Origin: an uncultured Nitrososphaerota archaeon
GTDB taxonomy: Archaea > Thermoproteota > EX4484-205 > JAAOZP01
Assembly (NCBI GenBank): GCA_964416155.1
Contig: CAYQCW010000002.1
Span: 1-44,647, forward strand
Reading direction: 5' to 3'
Length of the DNA: 44,647 nucleotides
Numbering within the stretch: position 1 is the first letter of the stretch; each line of letters begins with the position of its first letter. Both the position numbers and the translations under genes were made by a program. The notes below the pieces were generated by a model. It saw nothing but the letters and a program-made list of their open reading frames with translations. It was not told the origin of the DNA and did no database searches. Below, one piece after another: positions 1 to 8,947 of the stretch.

Positions 1-955
1 TCGCAAGGGTTTCAAACTCATGCTCCTGCTTATCAGCCGACTTTTGGAAAGAGCTTCTAAGCTTCTGGAGCAGCGTCTCCTCATCCTCCCTAAGGATTAG
101 GAGGATCGTTCCACTGTAGACCCTGTCAACCCTGAGGTGCAGTGGTGTGGAGAAACCGGGTTCAAGCGAGAGAATCGAAATAATCTTAGAGTCGGGTATC
201 GCCGACCTCGCTTCCTCGAAAAGCCTGTAAACATAATCGTCCACTAAGCCTTCTTTAACCATGCTCCTCAGCTTCTCCATGGCTTTACGGGGACTCGTGT
301 GTAGCTCACCCCATAGTTCACCTAGAATATTGACAGCCTCCTGCTTTGAAACATGGGATACGGTCTCCCTCCACAGGACCTCTTCTTTGAACAAGGTTGA
401 CCTGGAATCCTTGCTTACTCCAGCCAGCACCACACCCTTGGACTCAGCCTCAGAAAGCAGTTCACCATACTTCCTCACATACTCTAGCATGAAGCCCTCC
501 CTGCTATCTATGTCAAGCTCGTAGAGGACGTGAAGCATTCGACCGTAAAGCGAGCCGTCTATCAAAACACACTTGGCCCCCTCCTCAATCGCCTTAAGCG
601 CAGCCTCATGCTCCATGTACTCCCTGATTAGCCTGCAATACTCCTCGTACATTTGAACACGCTTAGGATAGAATGCGTCAAGCCTAAGCTTCCTAACCTC
701 GTGACCATTAGGCGCTAAGGCCAGTGACCTAGTGAACAATATGACTCCCCCGCCGGATAACGCGGCTTCGTCGTTGCTACTATCCACAGCGTAAACGCTT
801 CCAAGACTCTCCTCAATGCCATCAAGCTGAAGCCATCTCCTGCTGAAAAGCTCCCTATACTTTTCCAAGAAACCTCCTGGGGTCTTTAACACTGTAAACA
901 CCTCTTCCCTCTTTGAACGAAGCTCCTGAAGCAAGAGGTCTGCAAAGTACGGCAT
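1..955 (-). CDS. nurA: NurA-family 5'-3' nuclease (partial, runs off window start)
   Basis: Absent from the ORF track because there is no stop in the window. Manual translation from ATG 955 (MPYFADLLLQELRSK...) shows NurA-like motifs YAVDSS, VLIDGSL and AGVSKDS. Confidence 0.75.
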   Translation of the reverse strand, partial: MPYFADLLLQELRSKREEVFTVLKTPGGFLEKYRELFSRRWLQLDGIEESLGSVYAVDSSNDEAALSGGGVILFTRSLALAPNGHEVRKLRLDAFYPKRVQMYEEYCRLIREYMEHEAALKAIEEGAKCVLIDGSLYGRMLHVLYELDIDSREGFMLEYVRKYGELLSEAESKGVVLAGVSKDSRSTLFKEEVLWRETVSHVSKQEAVNILGELWGELHTSPRKAMEKLRSMVKEGLVDDYVYRLFEEARSAIPDSKIISILSLEPGFSTPLHLRVDRVYSGTILLILREDEETLLQKLRSSFQKSADKQEHEFETLA

Positions 956-1201
956 GGCATAGCACTACGGCTGGTGATTTATTAACATAACTCGGAAAAG
1001 CTGGGGCCAGCCACCCCTAACGATTTTAACACTCTCATGCACCAACTCATCTTTAAGCTTCTATCTCAAGTGTGCAAGAATCGTGGTAATGGAGGCTTAA
1101 GAAAACCAGACGTATTGAAAGAGATGGAACCGGAACCAGCAACAGGTTTGGAAACAGTAATTTCTCCAGCTACACCGGCATATGCTTGGAGAAAGCTTAA
1201 G

Positions 1202-1853
1202 CTATTTTCTCCTCATACAGGCCTCTATGAAGCCTTTAAACAGGGGCGCGGGTTTTAAAGGTCTCGATTTAAATTCCGGATGTGCCTGCGTTGCCACGAA
1301 AAACGGGTGGCCGCCAACCTCTATGAATTCTACAAGCCTGCCGTCTGGAGATACGCCTGAGAAAATCATCTAATGCTCCTGCAAAGTACTGTGGTATTCA
1401 GGGTTAACCTCGTACCTATGCCTATGCCTCTCGTAAACAACCGCCGCATTACCGTAGAGCTTTGAAACAAGCGTGCCTGACTTCAACACTGTGGGGTACG
1501 CGCCGAGTCGCATCGAAGCCCCGTATCTCGAATCCTTAAGCACCTCCCTTTGCTCCGGCAGAATGTCTATCACTGGATGCGACGTATTAGGGTTGAACTC
1601 GGTTGAATCAGCGTCCTCGAGACCAGCAATGTTCCTCGCATACTCCACCACAGCCAGCTGGAGCCCGAGGCATAGTCCTGGGAAAGGAATCTTTTTCTCC
1701 CTAGCGTGCTTTATAGTCATTATCTTCCCCTCAATCCCCTTGGTTCCGAATCCCCTGGAACTATTATTCCATCTAGCGCCTCAAGACTTGAAAGCTTCTC
1801 CGGAGCCTCCTCTAAATCCGTAGAGTCGATGAACCTTAAAACTGGTTTTTCCA
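1202..1853 (-). pseudogene. pyrG: CTP synthase glutaminase-domain remnant
   Basis: Motifs DGIIVPG(G)[23 protein letters not shown] and QAHPEF. One G is missing at ~1752-1755 (frameshift), there is an in-frame TAG at 1370-1372, and the N-terminal synthetase domain is absent. Confidence 0.9.
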
Positions 1854-1988
1854 AACTCCAGGTACTCCAACGCCTTAAACCCTTTATCCCTCGAAAAATT
1901 TTAAACATTTCGGTTTGGAGAGCCAGCATCTTTACACGCCTAACTGTTTAGGGAAAGACTTATTTTTCAGGCAACACTATTAAGCACC

Positions 1989-2573
1989 GTGAGGATCTCG
2001 TTAACCAGCAGGAGCGCCCTGCTAATAGTTGATGTTCAAAACGATTTCCTACCTGGGGGAGCCCTAGCTGTCCCGGAGGGAGACCTAGTCATAGAGCCTT
2101 TAAACAAGTATATAGAGCTGTTTGCGAGACGGGGGCTTCCTGTTTTCGCGACGAGAGACTGGCACCCTAGGCAACACGCGAGCTTCAGGGAGAGAGGAGG
2201 GCCCTGGCCGCCTCACTGTGTTCAAAACACTTGGGGCGCCGAGTTTTCGAGCATGCTGAGCCTGCCGCCTACCGTGAGGATTGTGGATAAGGCTTTCTCC
2301 CCCGAGAGGGACTCCTACTCGGGTTTCCAGGAGACTGTTCTCAGCCTGGAGCTGCATAGGCTTGGCGTGAAGAGGCTTTTCATAGGTGGGCTTGCAACCG
2401 ATTACTGTGTTAAGGCGACTGTCCTAGACTCTATCGACCTCGGTTTTGAAACTGTTCTTCTCCTGGACGCTGTTAAAGGGGTTGACGTGAACCCTGGCGA
2501 CAGTGAGAAAGCGGTTCGGGAGATGGTTTTGAAGGGAGCGATAGGAGTTACGCTGAGCGACGTGCTGCCTTAG
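1989..2573 (+). CDS. pncA: Nicotinamidase/pyrazinamidase
   Basis: Motifs VDVQNDF..GG.LAVP.G, TRDWHP, WPPHC and GLATDYCV. Confidence 0.93.
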   Translation: MRISLTSRSALLIVDVQNDFLPGGALAVPEGDLVIEPLNKYIELFARRGLPVFATRDWHPRQHASFRERGGPWPPHCVQNTWGAEFSSMLSLPPTVRIVDKAFSPERDSYSGFQETVLSLELHRLGVKRLFIGGLATDYCVKATVLDSIDLGFETVLLLDAVKGVDVNPGDSEKAVREMVLKGAIGVTLSDVLP

Positions 2574-2581
2574 TGAAAAGC

Positions 2582-3937
2582 CTATCCCTGTTTCTCCGAC
2601 AACAGTTTCTTAACCAGCTGTCTGCCCAAATCCATTATTCTCTCGCTCACTTCAACCGGGTAGGCCTCCGGGCTCCTAATCTTCTTATACTCTTCCGGAA
2701 GCCTTTCAAGCTCCATCCTGGCCTTCTCCCTTATCTCGTCGAGCTTCGGAAGCCTGTAGAAAAGCCTGCCATCCTTGAAGACTTGGACAAGCCTTTTCTC
2801 CCCCTCCAGGTTCTCGTCGCAGAGCCCAACCATGTCCCTAACGTACTTCCCGTTTCTCTCAACCCTGTAAACCTGCTTCGCCCCGGGGAGGGTTGCCTTC
2901 TCACCCTCAGCGATCTTCATCCTGGGCACGAGCCTACCGTTCTCCTCGCTTTCAACAAGCTTGTAAACCATATCCGTCTTAGGAGCGTCGTCAGAGGTCA
3001 CAAGGGAGGAGCCTGCTCCGAAAAAATCTATCTGAGCACCCTTGCTCAAGTAGTCTTCAATCACATACTCGTCTAGCCCGCTGCTCACAAATATCTTGGT
3101 GGTGTTGAACCCGGCTTCATCAAGAATCCTTCTAGCCTCTTTGCTCAGGTTCAGCATGTCTCCGGAGTCCATCCTGACGCCTTTAAGCTCCCTCCCCCCT
3201 GCCAACTCTTCAACAGCCTGGATCGCGTTCCTAACGCCGCGCAAAGTATCGTAAGTGTCAACCAGCAGGACAGTGTCCGTCCCCCATGTTTTCAACCAGG
3301 CTTTGAAAGCCTCCTTCTCGCTGGGGAAGGCTTCAACATACGAGTGTGCCATGGTCCCGTAGACCGGAATCCCGTATTTCTTCCCGGCGAGAACGTTAGA
3401 CGTTCCAACGCAGCCGCCGATGTAGCTTGCCCTCGCAGCCTTAAGCCCAGCGTCAACACCATGAGCCCTCCTTGAGCCGAAGTCAACAACCTGCCTGCCC
3501 TTAGCGGCGTTGACGATTCTCGAGGCCTTCGTCGCAATCAGTGTTTGAAAATTAACAGTGTTTATCATGAAGGTTTCGAAGAACTGGGCTTCGATTATCG
3601 GCGCGGTAACCCTTATTATCGGCTCGTTCTGGAAGACAAGCTCGCCCTCTGGAAGGGCCCACACGTCTCCGGTGAACCTTATTCTTGAGAGGAATTTCAG
3701 AAAATCTTTTTCAAACCCTTTTCCCTCTAGAAAATCCAACTCGTCTTTCTCAAACTTGAAGTTCAACAGATAGTTGCAAACATCCTCCAGCCCCGCGGCT
3801 ACCAGATAGCCACGGTTGGGCGGGAGCCTTCTTACGAAAAGCTCGAAGGTTGCTTTAATATTCCCAGTTTTAAAATATGCTTGAGCCATCGTCGCCTCGT
3901 AAAGATCGGTGAACAGCACCATGCTTTTCTCCATCAT
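2582..3937 (-). CDS. pncB: Nicotinate phosphoribosyltransferase
   Basis: Motifs FTDLYE.TM, DFGSRRAHG, GTMAHS, LLVDTYDT and RMDSGD; convergent with pncA. Confidence 0.93.
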   Translation of the reverse strand: MMEKSMVLFTDLYEATMAQAYFKTGNIKATFELFVRRLPPNRGYLVAAGLEDVCNYLLNFKFEKDELDFLEGKGFEKDFLKFLSRIRFTGDVWALPEGELVFQNEPIIRVTAPIIEAQFFETFMINTVNFQTLIATKASRIVNAAKGRQVVDFGSRRAHGVDAGLKAARASYIGGCVGTSNVLAGKKYGIPVYGTMAHSYVEAFPSEKEAFKAWLKTWGTDTVLLVDTYDTLRGVRNAIQAVEELAGGRELKGVRMDSGDMLNLSKEARRILDEAGFNTTKIFVSSGLDEYVIEDYLSKGAQIDFFGAGSSLVTSDDAPKTDMVYKLVESEENGRLVPRMKIAEGEKATLPGAKQVYRVERNGKYVRDMVGLCDENLEGEKRLVQVFKDGRLFYRLPKLDEIREKARMELERLPEEYKKIRSPEAYPVEVSERIMDLGRQLVKKLLSEKQG

Positions 3938-4141
3938 ACTGAATAATATAAGAAAGCTCTAGATAAATCTTAATTCTGAACAACACATGAGCATAGAGTG
4001 TTTTCGGCCAGAACCCTTCCCTAGCATTATTGATTGTCCCCCGAAATCTCCGTAACCCTGTCTCCACACCAGGACTACGACGGAGCGTTAATGCTTAAAT
4101 GTTCTGTGCAAAGCCTCCTTTCAGGATGGGGCTGAGAAGCA

Positions 4142-4153
4142 TAGCGCGCGCAG
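4142..4153. repeat. TAGCGCGCGCTA-family palindrome copy (TAGCGCGCGCAG)
   Basis: 10/12 match; 6 nt past the ThiF/MoeB stop. Confidence 0.75.
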
Positions 4154-4159
4154 GCGGCT

Positions 4160-5218
4160 TTAAACTGGTTTGAAAAAACGCAGCACATTCATATAGTTCT
4201 GGATAGCGTCAAACTCGTCTTTAACGCCCCTGAGGATTCCAACCCCGGTGCTCATCAAATGTATTTCAACACCCTCAACTCTTTGGAAAACAATGCTCAA
4301 CCTGTGTCTCGCCTTCACCTTTAAGGAGCCCTGCCCAATCGGGGAGGCTTGTTGAAGGTTAAGCTTGAAAACACTGTTCGGAGAAACAATGTAGTAGGAT
4401 AACCCGCTCGTGGAGCAAACCTGTTCAACGTTGAATCCTTCCCCTGCTCCACTCTTGACTGAAGCCGAGTTTCCACCGCAGGTTTCACATGATTCTGAAC
4501 GCTTCACTTCAATAGTTTCTAAAAGCATGTTCCTGAGGTCGAAGAAGAGCAGCTTACTCATAAGAGTAGGCTTAGCCCCCGTGATTATTCTCACAGCCTC
4601 AGAAACCTGTATGCTCGCCACTATTGAGACGAGCGAAGGATGCACGCCGACCGTCGCACAGGTTGCTGAAGGCTCTTGACTGGGAAGGAAGCAGTCTAAA
4701 CATGGTGTTTCCCCAGGGATTATTGTTGAAGCGTTTCCGAACATTTCTATGGCTGACCCGAAGACGTAGGGCACGCGGAGCTCGACGCACGCCCTGTTTA
4801 CAATCCTCCTCACGCGTAGGCTGTCCAACCCGTCTAGAACCACGTCGACGCCTTTAACAATGCTCTCAACATTATGATCGTTCACTGAAACAGGCATGGC
4901 TTCAACCTCAACATCAGGATTTATTTCCCTAATCCTGTTCTCAGCAGCCTCAACCTTAGGCATGTCCAGCGCCTTAACGCTGTAAACCCCCTGCCTGTGA
5001 AGATTAGCCCTCTCAACCACGTCGCGGTCAACTATCCTCAGGAAGCCGATGCCCATTCCTGCGAGCTGGGCAACTATCGTTGAGCCAAGCCCACCAACAC
5101 CGATGACACAAACCCTTCTACTCCTGATCCTTCTCTGCCCCTCGTAACCTATGTCTTTGAGAACTATCTGTCTAGAGTATGTTTTAAGCTCCTCTCCAGA
5201 CAAGTCGCGGCGCATCAT
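4160..5218 (-). CDS. ThiF/MoeB/UbaA-family E1-like adenylyltransferase with C-terminal extension
   Basis: Motifs YSRQ, GVGGLG, DRDVVE.ANLHRQ, PCLDC, TCATVGV and CETC. ATG 5218 (or 5215) is preferred over TTG 5239. Confidence 0.88.
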   Translation of the reverse strand: MMRRDLSGEELKTYSRQIVLKDIGYEGQRRIRSRRVCVIGVGGLGSTIVAQLAGMGIGFLRIVDRDVVERANLHRQGVYSVKALDMPKVEAAENRIREINPDVEVEAMPVSVNDHNVESIVKGVDVVLDGLDSLRVRRIVNRACVELRVPYVFGSAIEMFGNASTIIPGETPCLDCFLPSQEPSATCATVGVHPSLVSIVASIQVSEAVRIITGAKPTLMSKLLFFDLRNMLLETIEVKRSESCETCGGNSASVKSGAGEGFNVEQVCSTSGLSYYIVSPNSVFKLNLQQASPIGQGSLKVKARHRLSIVFQRVEGVEIHLMSTGVGILRGVKDEFDAIQNYMNVLRFFKPV

Positions 5219-5328
5219 GAACGATAAGGGTAGCTGCAAGTTGGTTAAAAACTCTTTTCAGGCGGAAAGCCGGGCGTTTTAACGTTAAATAACCGATTTA
5301 GGCATATTCGGATAAGCAGGCTGGGAAC

Positions 5329-5485
5329 ATGGTTAAGACAAGCATCTGTATAGACAAAGACGTGTGGGTGCGCGCTAGCCTGAAGGCAGGCCTATTAGCG
5401 AATCGATAAGGGTTATGAGGGATGAGAAACAGTAGCTATCTTGATTCAAGCAGCGTAGTGAGCCAGTATTTTCCACACCGCGCTG
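5329..5485 (+). pseudogene. VapBC-type toxin-antitoxin remnant (RHH antitoxin with internal deletion plus PIN N-terminus)
   Basis: MVKTSICIDKDVW (5329-5367) is joined through the palindrome to out-of-frame PEGRPISESIRVMRDEKQ* (5379-5435). An overlapping ATG at 5422 gives MRNSSYLDSSSVVSQY, a PIN-like YLDSS start. Confidence 0.6.
5366..5377. repeat. Palindrome copy (GGGTGCGCGCTA)
   Basis: 9/12 match; at the antitoxin deletion junction. Confidence 0.6.
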
Positions 5486-5583
5486 CAACGCGATTCAATT
5501 CTATTACTCTGGGTAATATTGTTTGAGGCTTAACCTTTGAAAAATAAAAAGTTTTATAACTGCGTTATTTCCAGCAGCGTGCG

Positions 5584-7122
5584 ATGGCTAGTGGAATGGA
5601 CGAATCGTTGAGGACGATCGAGCAGATAAACCATAAGATATCTGAAGGCAACGTTACAGTTTTAACCGCTGAGGAATTTGTTAAACTGGCAGAGAGCTCT
5701 GGCCTTGAAAGAGCCGCGAGGGAAGTGGATGTCGTGACAACCGGTACTTTCGGAGCCATGTGTAGCTCCGGAGCCTTTCTAAACTTTGGGCACGCCGACC
5801 CACCTATAAAGATGACGAAAGCATGGTTGAACGATGTTCCAGTATACAAGGGTTTGGCAGCAGTAGACGGGTATATTGGTGCAACAGCCTACAGTGAGAC
5901 TAGGGGGATAGACTACGGCGGGGGGCACGTCATAGAGGATTTGGCTAGTCGCAGGGAGCTTTTTTTAAGAGGGGAAGGATATGGAACCGACTGTTACCCG
6001 AGGAAACTTGTTGAGACGATAATAACCATAGATGATTTAAACCAGGCGGTTCTAGTGAACCCGCGAAACGCTTACCAGAGGTATTTCGCTGCAACAAACT
6101 CCAGTGACAGGACGCTCTACACTTATCTTGGCACGTTGCTCCCCGACTATGGGAACGTTGGGTTCTCCGGCTCGGGCGAGCTCAGCCCACTGTGTAAGGA
6201 CAGGGGTCTGGAGACCATAGGCATTGGGACAAGAATATTCCTCGGAGGAGGAGTAGGCTACGTTATAGGCGAGGGGACGCAGCACTATCCTTCTAAAAAA
6301 CTGTCAACCATAATGGTTGCGGGCGACTTGAAGAAGATGAGCCCAGGGTTCCTTAAAGGGGCGACGTTCTACAAGTATGGTGCCACGCTTTACGTCGGCG
6401 TTGGGATACCGATACCCTTGATCAACATGAATGTCGCTAGGAATGCTGCAACCCCTGACGAGCAGATTTTCACGGAGATAATTGATTACAGCGTGCCCTC
6501 CGTCAACAGGCCGGTTTTAAAAAGGGTTAGCTACCGGGAGCTTAAGCGCGGCAGGGTGGATGTTAACAATAGGACTGTGAAGGCTGCAAGCATGTCGAGC
6601 CTTAGGGGGGCTAGGGAGGTTGCTGAGACTCTTAAGAAATGGATTATGGAGGGCAGATTCCTTCTGACGAAGCCGGTTGCCCCGTTGAGCAGGGAGAGCG
6701 TTCAGAAAACAATGCCTCTAAGGAAGCACGAGCCCAGGGTCGCCGAGCTGATGAAGACCAAGATACCGACTGCGAGGCTCACGGACTCCATCCGGGATGT
6801 TTCGACGAGGATGGTTAGGGAGAACGTTGACCATGTTCCGGTGGTGGATGAGGAGAGCAGGCTTCTAGGCATTGTGACGACATGGGATATTGCTAAGGCT
6901 GTTGCCGCAAACGCTGAAGGGCTTGAGGCGATCATGACGAGAAACGTTATTGTTGCGAGGCCTCATGAGACTATCGACATTGTTGCTAAGAGGATGGAGC
7001 AACACGACATCACTGGGCTGCCGGTGGTTGACGAAGAGAACCGTGTGCTCGGGCTCATAACGAGCGCAGACCTTTCAAGGCTTTTAAAGACTCCTGAAGG
7101 AGGTGTTGTCGTTGAAGGTTAG
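5584..7122 (+). CDS. Homocysteine biosynthesis protein (L-aspartate semialdehyde sulfurtransferase, DUF39 plus CBS pair; MA1821-like)
   Basis: Motifs VDVVTTGTFGAMCSSGA, YGGGHVIEDL and NPRNAYQ; C-terminal tandem CBS domains. Confidence 0.9.
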   Translation: MASGMDESLRTIEQINHKISEGNVTVLTAEEFVKLAESSGLERAAREVDVVTTGTFGAMCSSGAFLNFGHADPPIKMTKAWLNDVPVYKGLAAVDGYIGATAYSETRGIDYGGGHVIEDLASRRELFLRGEGYGTDCYPRKLVETIITIDDLNQAVLVNPRNAYQRYFAATNSSDRTLYTYLGTLLPDYGNVGFSGSGELSPLCKDRGLETIGIGTRIFLGGGVGYVIGEGTQHYPSKKLSTIMVAGDLKKMSPGFLKGATFYKYGATLYVGVGIPIPLINMNVARNAATPDEQIFTEIIDYSVPSVNRPVLKRVSYRELKRGRVDVNNRTVKAASMSSLRGAREVAETLKKWIMEGRFLLTKPVAPLSRESVQKTMPLRKHEPRVAELMKTKIPTARLTDSIRDVSTRMVRENVDHVPVVDEESRLLGIVTTWDIAKAVAANAEGLEAIMTRNVIVARPHETIDIVAKRMEQHDITGLPVVDEENRVLGLITSADLSRLLKTPEGGVVVEG

Positions 7123-7510
7123 GCTTGAACTCAAGTATTCCCCTGCTCACGTTAACAGGCCCATATTGTCAAGGGCGATACTCGAGTCAGGGGTTCCCGT
7201 GAACATTCTGAACGCGAGGCTAACGGCCTCAGAGGGCATTATGACTATAGAGATGGATGCTGACGAGAAGGCTGTTGCGAAGATCACTGAAATACTGAGG
7301 TCGAACGGTGTCCAGATTAAGGAGATACCTAGGTATGTGGAGATAGACAGGGGCAAGTGTATAGACTGCGGGGCTTGCACCAGCGTCTGCCCGACGGATG
7401 CTTTAACGCTCAACCATGAGGCTAGGCTTGTCCTGAGCGAGGAGAAGTGCATTCTCTGCGGAAACTGTTTGAAAGCGTGCCCTGTTAAGGCGGTGACCCT
7501 GTACAGGTGA
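7103..7510 (+). CDS. NIL-domain 2x[4Fe-4S] ferredoxin (MA1822-like)
   Basis: VNIL motif; CIDCGACTSVCP and CILCGNCLKACP. Start uncertain (7103-7112). Confidence 0.9.
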   Translation: MLSLKVRLELKYSPAHVNRPILSRAILESGVPVNILNARLTASEGIMTIEMDADEKAVAKITEILRSNGVQIKEIPRYVEIDRGKCIDCGACTSVCPTDALTLNHEARLVLSEEKCILCGNCLKACPVKAVTLYR

Positions 7511-8295
7511 AGAGCCAACCGGTCCTCACGTTTAGAAACGGCCTTTTCTACATGAGGACGAGTTACAGGGAGGCGGACCTCCTGTTTGCGTGTGAACAGG
7601 CTTCTCTAATAAGCACTGGTTTAAGAGAGTTCATAGAGTCTAGGGAGAAGGTCCAGTCCTACGTTGAGAAACACCCTGAGTTCCTCTACAGCCTTGAGCC
7701 CGTTAAGCCTGACGGCGAGGCACCGGAGGTAGTGGCGGCAGCCATCGATGCTTCCATTAAGGCTGGCGTCGGACCCATGGCCGCACTGCCGGGTGCTCTG
7801 GCCGACAGGGTGTTGAAAACCATGGTCGAACACGGGGCTAAGACTGTGATTGTTGAAAACGGCGGCGAGGTTTCGATGAAGATCGGCAGGGAAGCGGTAA
7901 TAGGGGTCTACACGGGTAAGGGGCTTAACCTTGGGCTCATAGTGGATTGTTCCAAGGGGACAGTGGGAGTGTCCACGAGCTCAAGCAGCGTGAGCCATGC
8001 CCTATCCCTCGGCGAAGCCGACGCTGCCGTTGTTGTAGCGGAGAATGCTTCGCTGGCGGACGCTGTTTCAACCCGCGTGGGAAACATGGTGAAGCCTGAA
8101 TGTGGAGAGTCGTTGAAAGAGGCTGTGGATCTGGCTCTTTCAATAGGGGGGGTTACGGGATGCGTTGTTTACTCCGGGGGCCTGCTCGGCTTCGGCGGGT
8201 GTGTTAAACCCATTCTGCTTAATGCAAGCCGGCTAGAGGTTTTGGAGAGCATGATGCTTAAAGGACCCTTGTTCAACTTCCATCTACCCATTTAG
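7507..8295 (+). CDS. UPF0280/ApbE-like protein (COG2122, MA1715-like)
   Basis: Motifs F.YSLEP, AGVGPMAA..GA.AD, IVENGGE and SLG.ADA; overlaps the ferredoxin stop. Confidence 0.85.
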   Translation: MKSQPVLTFRNGLFYMRTSYREADLLFACEQASLISTGLREFIESREKVQSYVEKHPEFLYSLEPVKPDGEAPEVVAAAIDASIKAGVGPMAALPGALADRVLKTMVEHGAKTVIVENGGEVSMKIGREAVIGVYTGKGLNLGLIVDCSKGTVGVSTSSSSVSHALSLGEADAAVVVAENASLADAVSTRVGNMVKPECGESLKEAVDLALSIGGVTGCVVYSGGLLGFGGCVKPILLNASRLEVLESMMLKGPLFNFHLPI

Positions 8296-8445
8296 CACCC
8301 CGCTCGTAAAGCCTGATTCGCGCAACGGTTTCAACGCAACCCTTTACTGTAAATTCTTCCTCCTGCATGCCGGTTTCCTCAATTTCTCTACCGGAAACGT
8401 TTGAAAATCGTTTCTAGGTTGCGGGGGAAAAGCCTTAAGGCTTAT

Positions 8446-8457
8446 GAGCGCGCGCAT
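8446..8457. repeat. Palindrome copy (GAGCGCGCGCAT)
   Basis: Intact GCGCGCGC core; intergenic. Confidence 0.7.
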
Positions 8458-8465
8458 TTTAAAGA

Positions 8466-8546
8466 GGGGCCTGAAGTAACCTGGATCAGCAGAGGCGAGG
8501 GGCCTCACGCCAGCACAGTGCGCCCCGGGATAATCCGGCTGCCACG
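8466..8546 (+). other. Candidate structured, tRNA-like element
   Basis: Stems GGGGC/GCCCC, CTGA/TCAG, GAGGC/GCCTC and CCGG/CCGG; TATA-like element about 30 nt upstream. Not a canonical tRNA. Confidence 0.2.
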
Positions 8547-8583
8547 TTAACTTTTTAAACTGGAACCGGTTACGTTTTTCAAC

Positions 8584-8886
8584 ATGTCTGGAGTGACTAT
8601 TCCCCCTGAGTTCGCCTGGATTGTTCCGGTGGTCGTCCCGTTCATCATCGGGCTTCTCATAGGCCTAATAATTAAGCGCGCCATAACGCTGGTGCTGGCT
8701 CTCCTGATACTCATCATAATTCTTGTAGCCACTGGCTACGTGAGCCTGACTTTCCAAGATCTTTTCGACAGGGCTATGGAGTTCCTACCTAGGATAATCG
8801 AGCTTGGCGGCAGCCTTCAAAACGTGCTTCCATACTCTTCAGCCACTTTTCTCATAGGGTTGCTGCTGGGCCTTTGGAAAGGGTAG
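8584..8886 (+). CDS. Small membrane protein, FUN14-like
   Basis: FIIGLLIGLIIKRA, a hydrophobic helix followed by GYVSL, and C-terminal FLIGLLLG. Confidence 0.65.
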   Translation: MSGVTIPPEFAWIVPVVVPFIIGLLIGLIIKRAITLVLALLILIIILVATGYVSLTFQDLFDRAMEFLPRIIELGGSLQNVLPYSSATFLIGLLLGLWKG

Positions 8887-8947
8887 GGAATCAGACCCTG
8901 TTGAACAGCGCCTCCATAGTCCGCCTGAATTCTAAACTTTCCCAGGG

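Noticed and set aside
1037-1258. 73-aa + strand ORF
   Set aside because: No recognisable motif, and it overlaps the pyrG remnant on the opposite strand.
1370-1372. In-frame TAG in pyrG as pyrrolysine or readthrough recoding
   Set aside because: The same fragment has a frameshift and lacks its N-terminal domain, and TAG is used as a normal stop by many genes here.
8466-8546. TPP riboswitch or HDV-like ribozyme on the minus strand
   Set aside because: Partial resemblance only (GGGGCGC...TGAG, CTGATC, GAGG-CCCCTCG-CCTC); the required UGAGA/ACCC/P5 or P1/P1.1 elements are missing.
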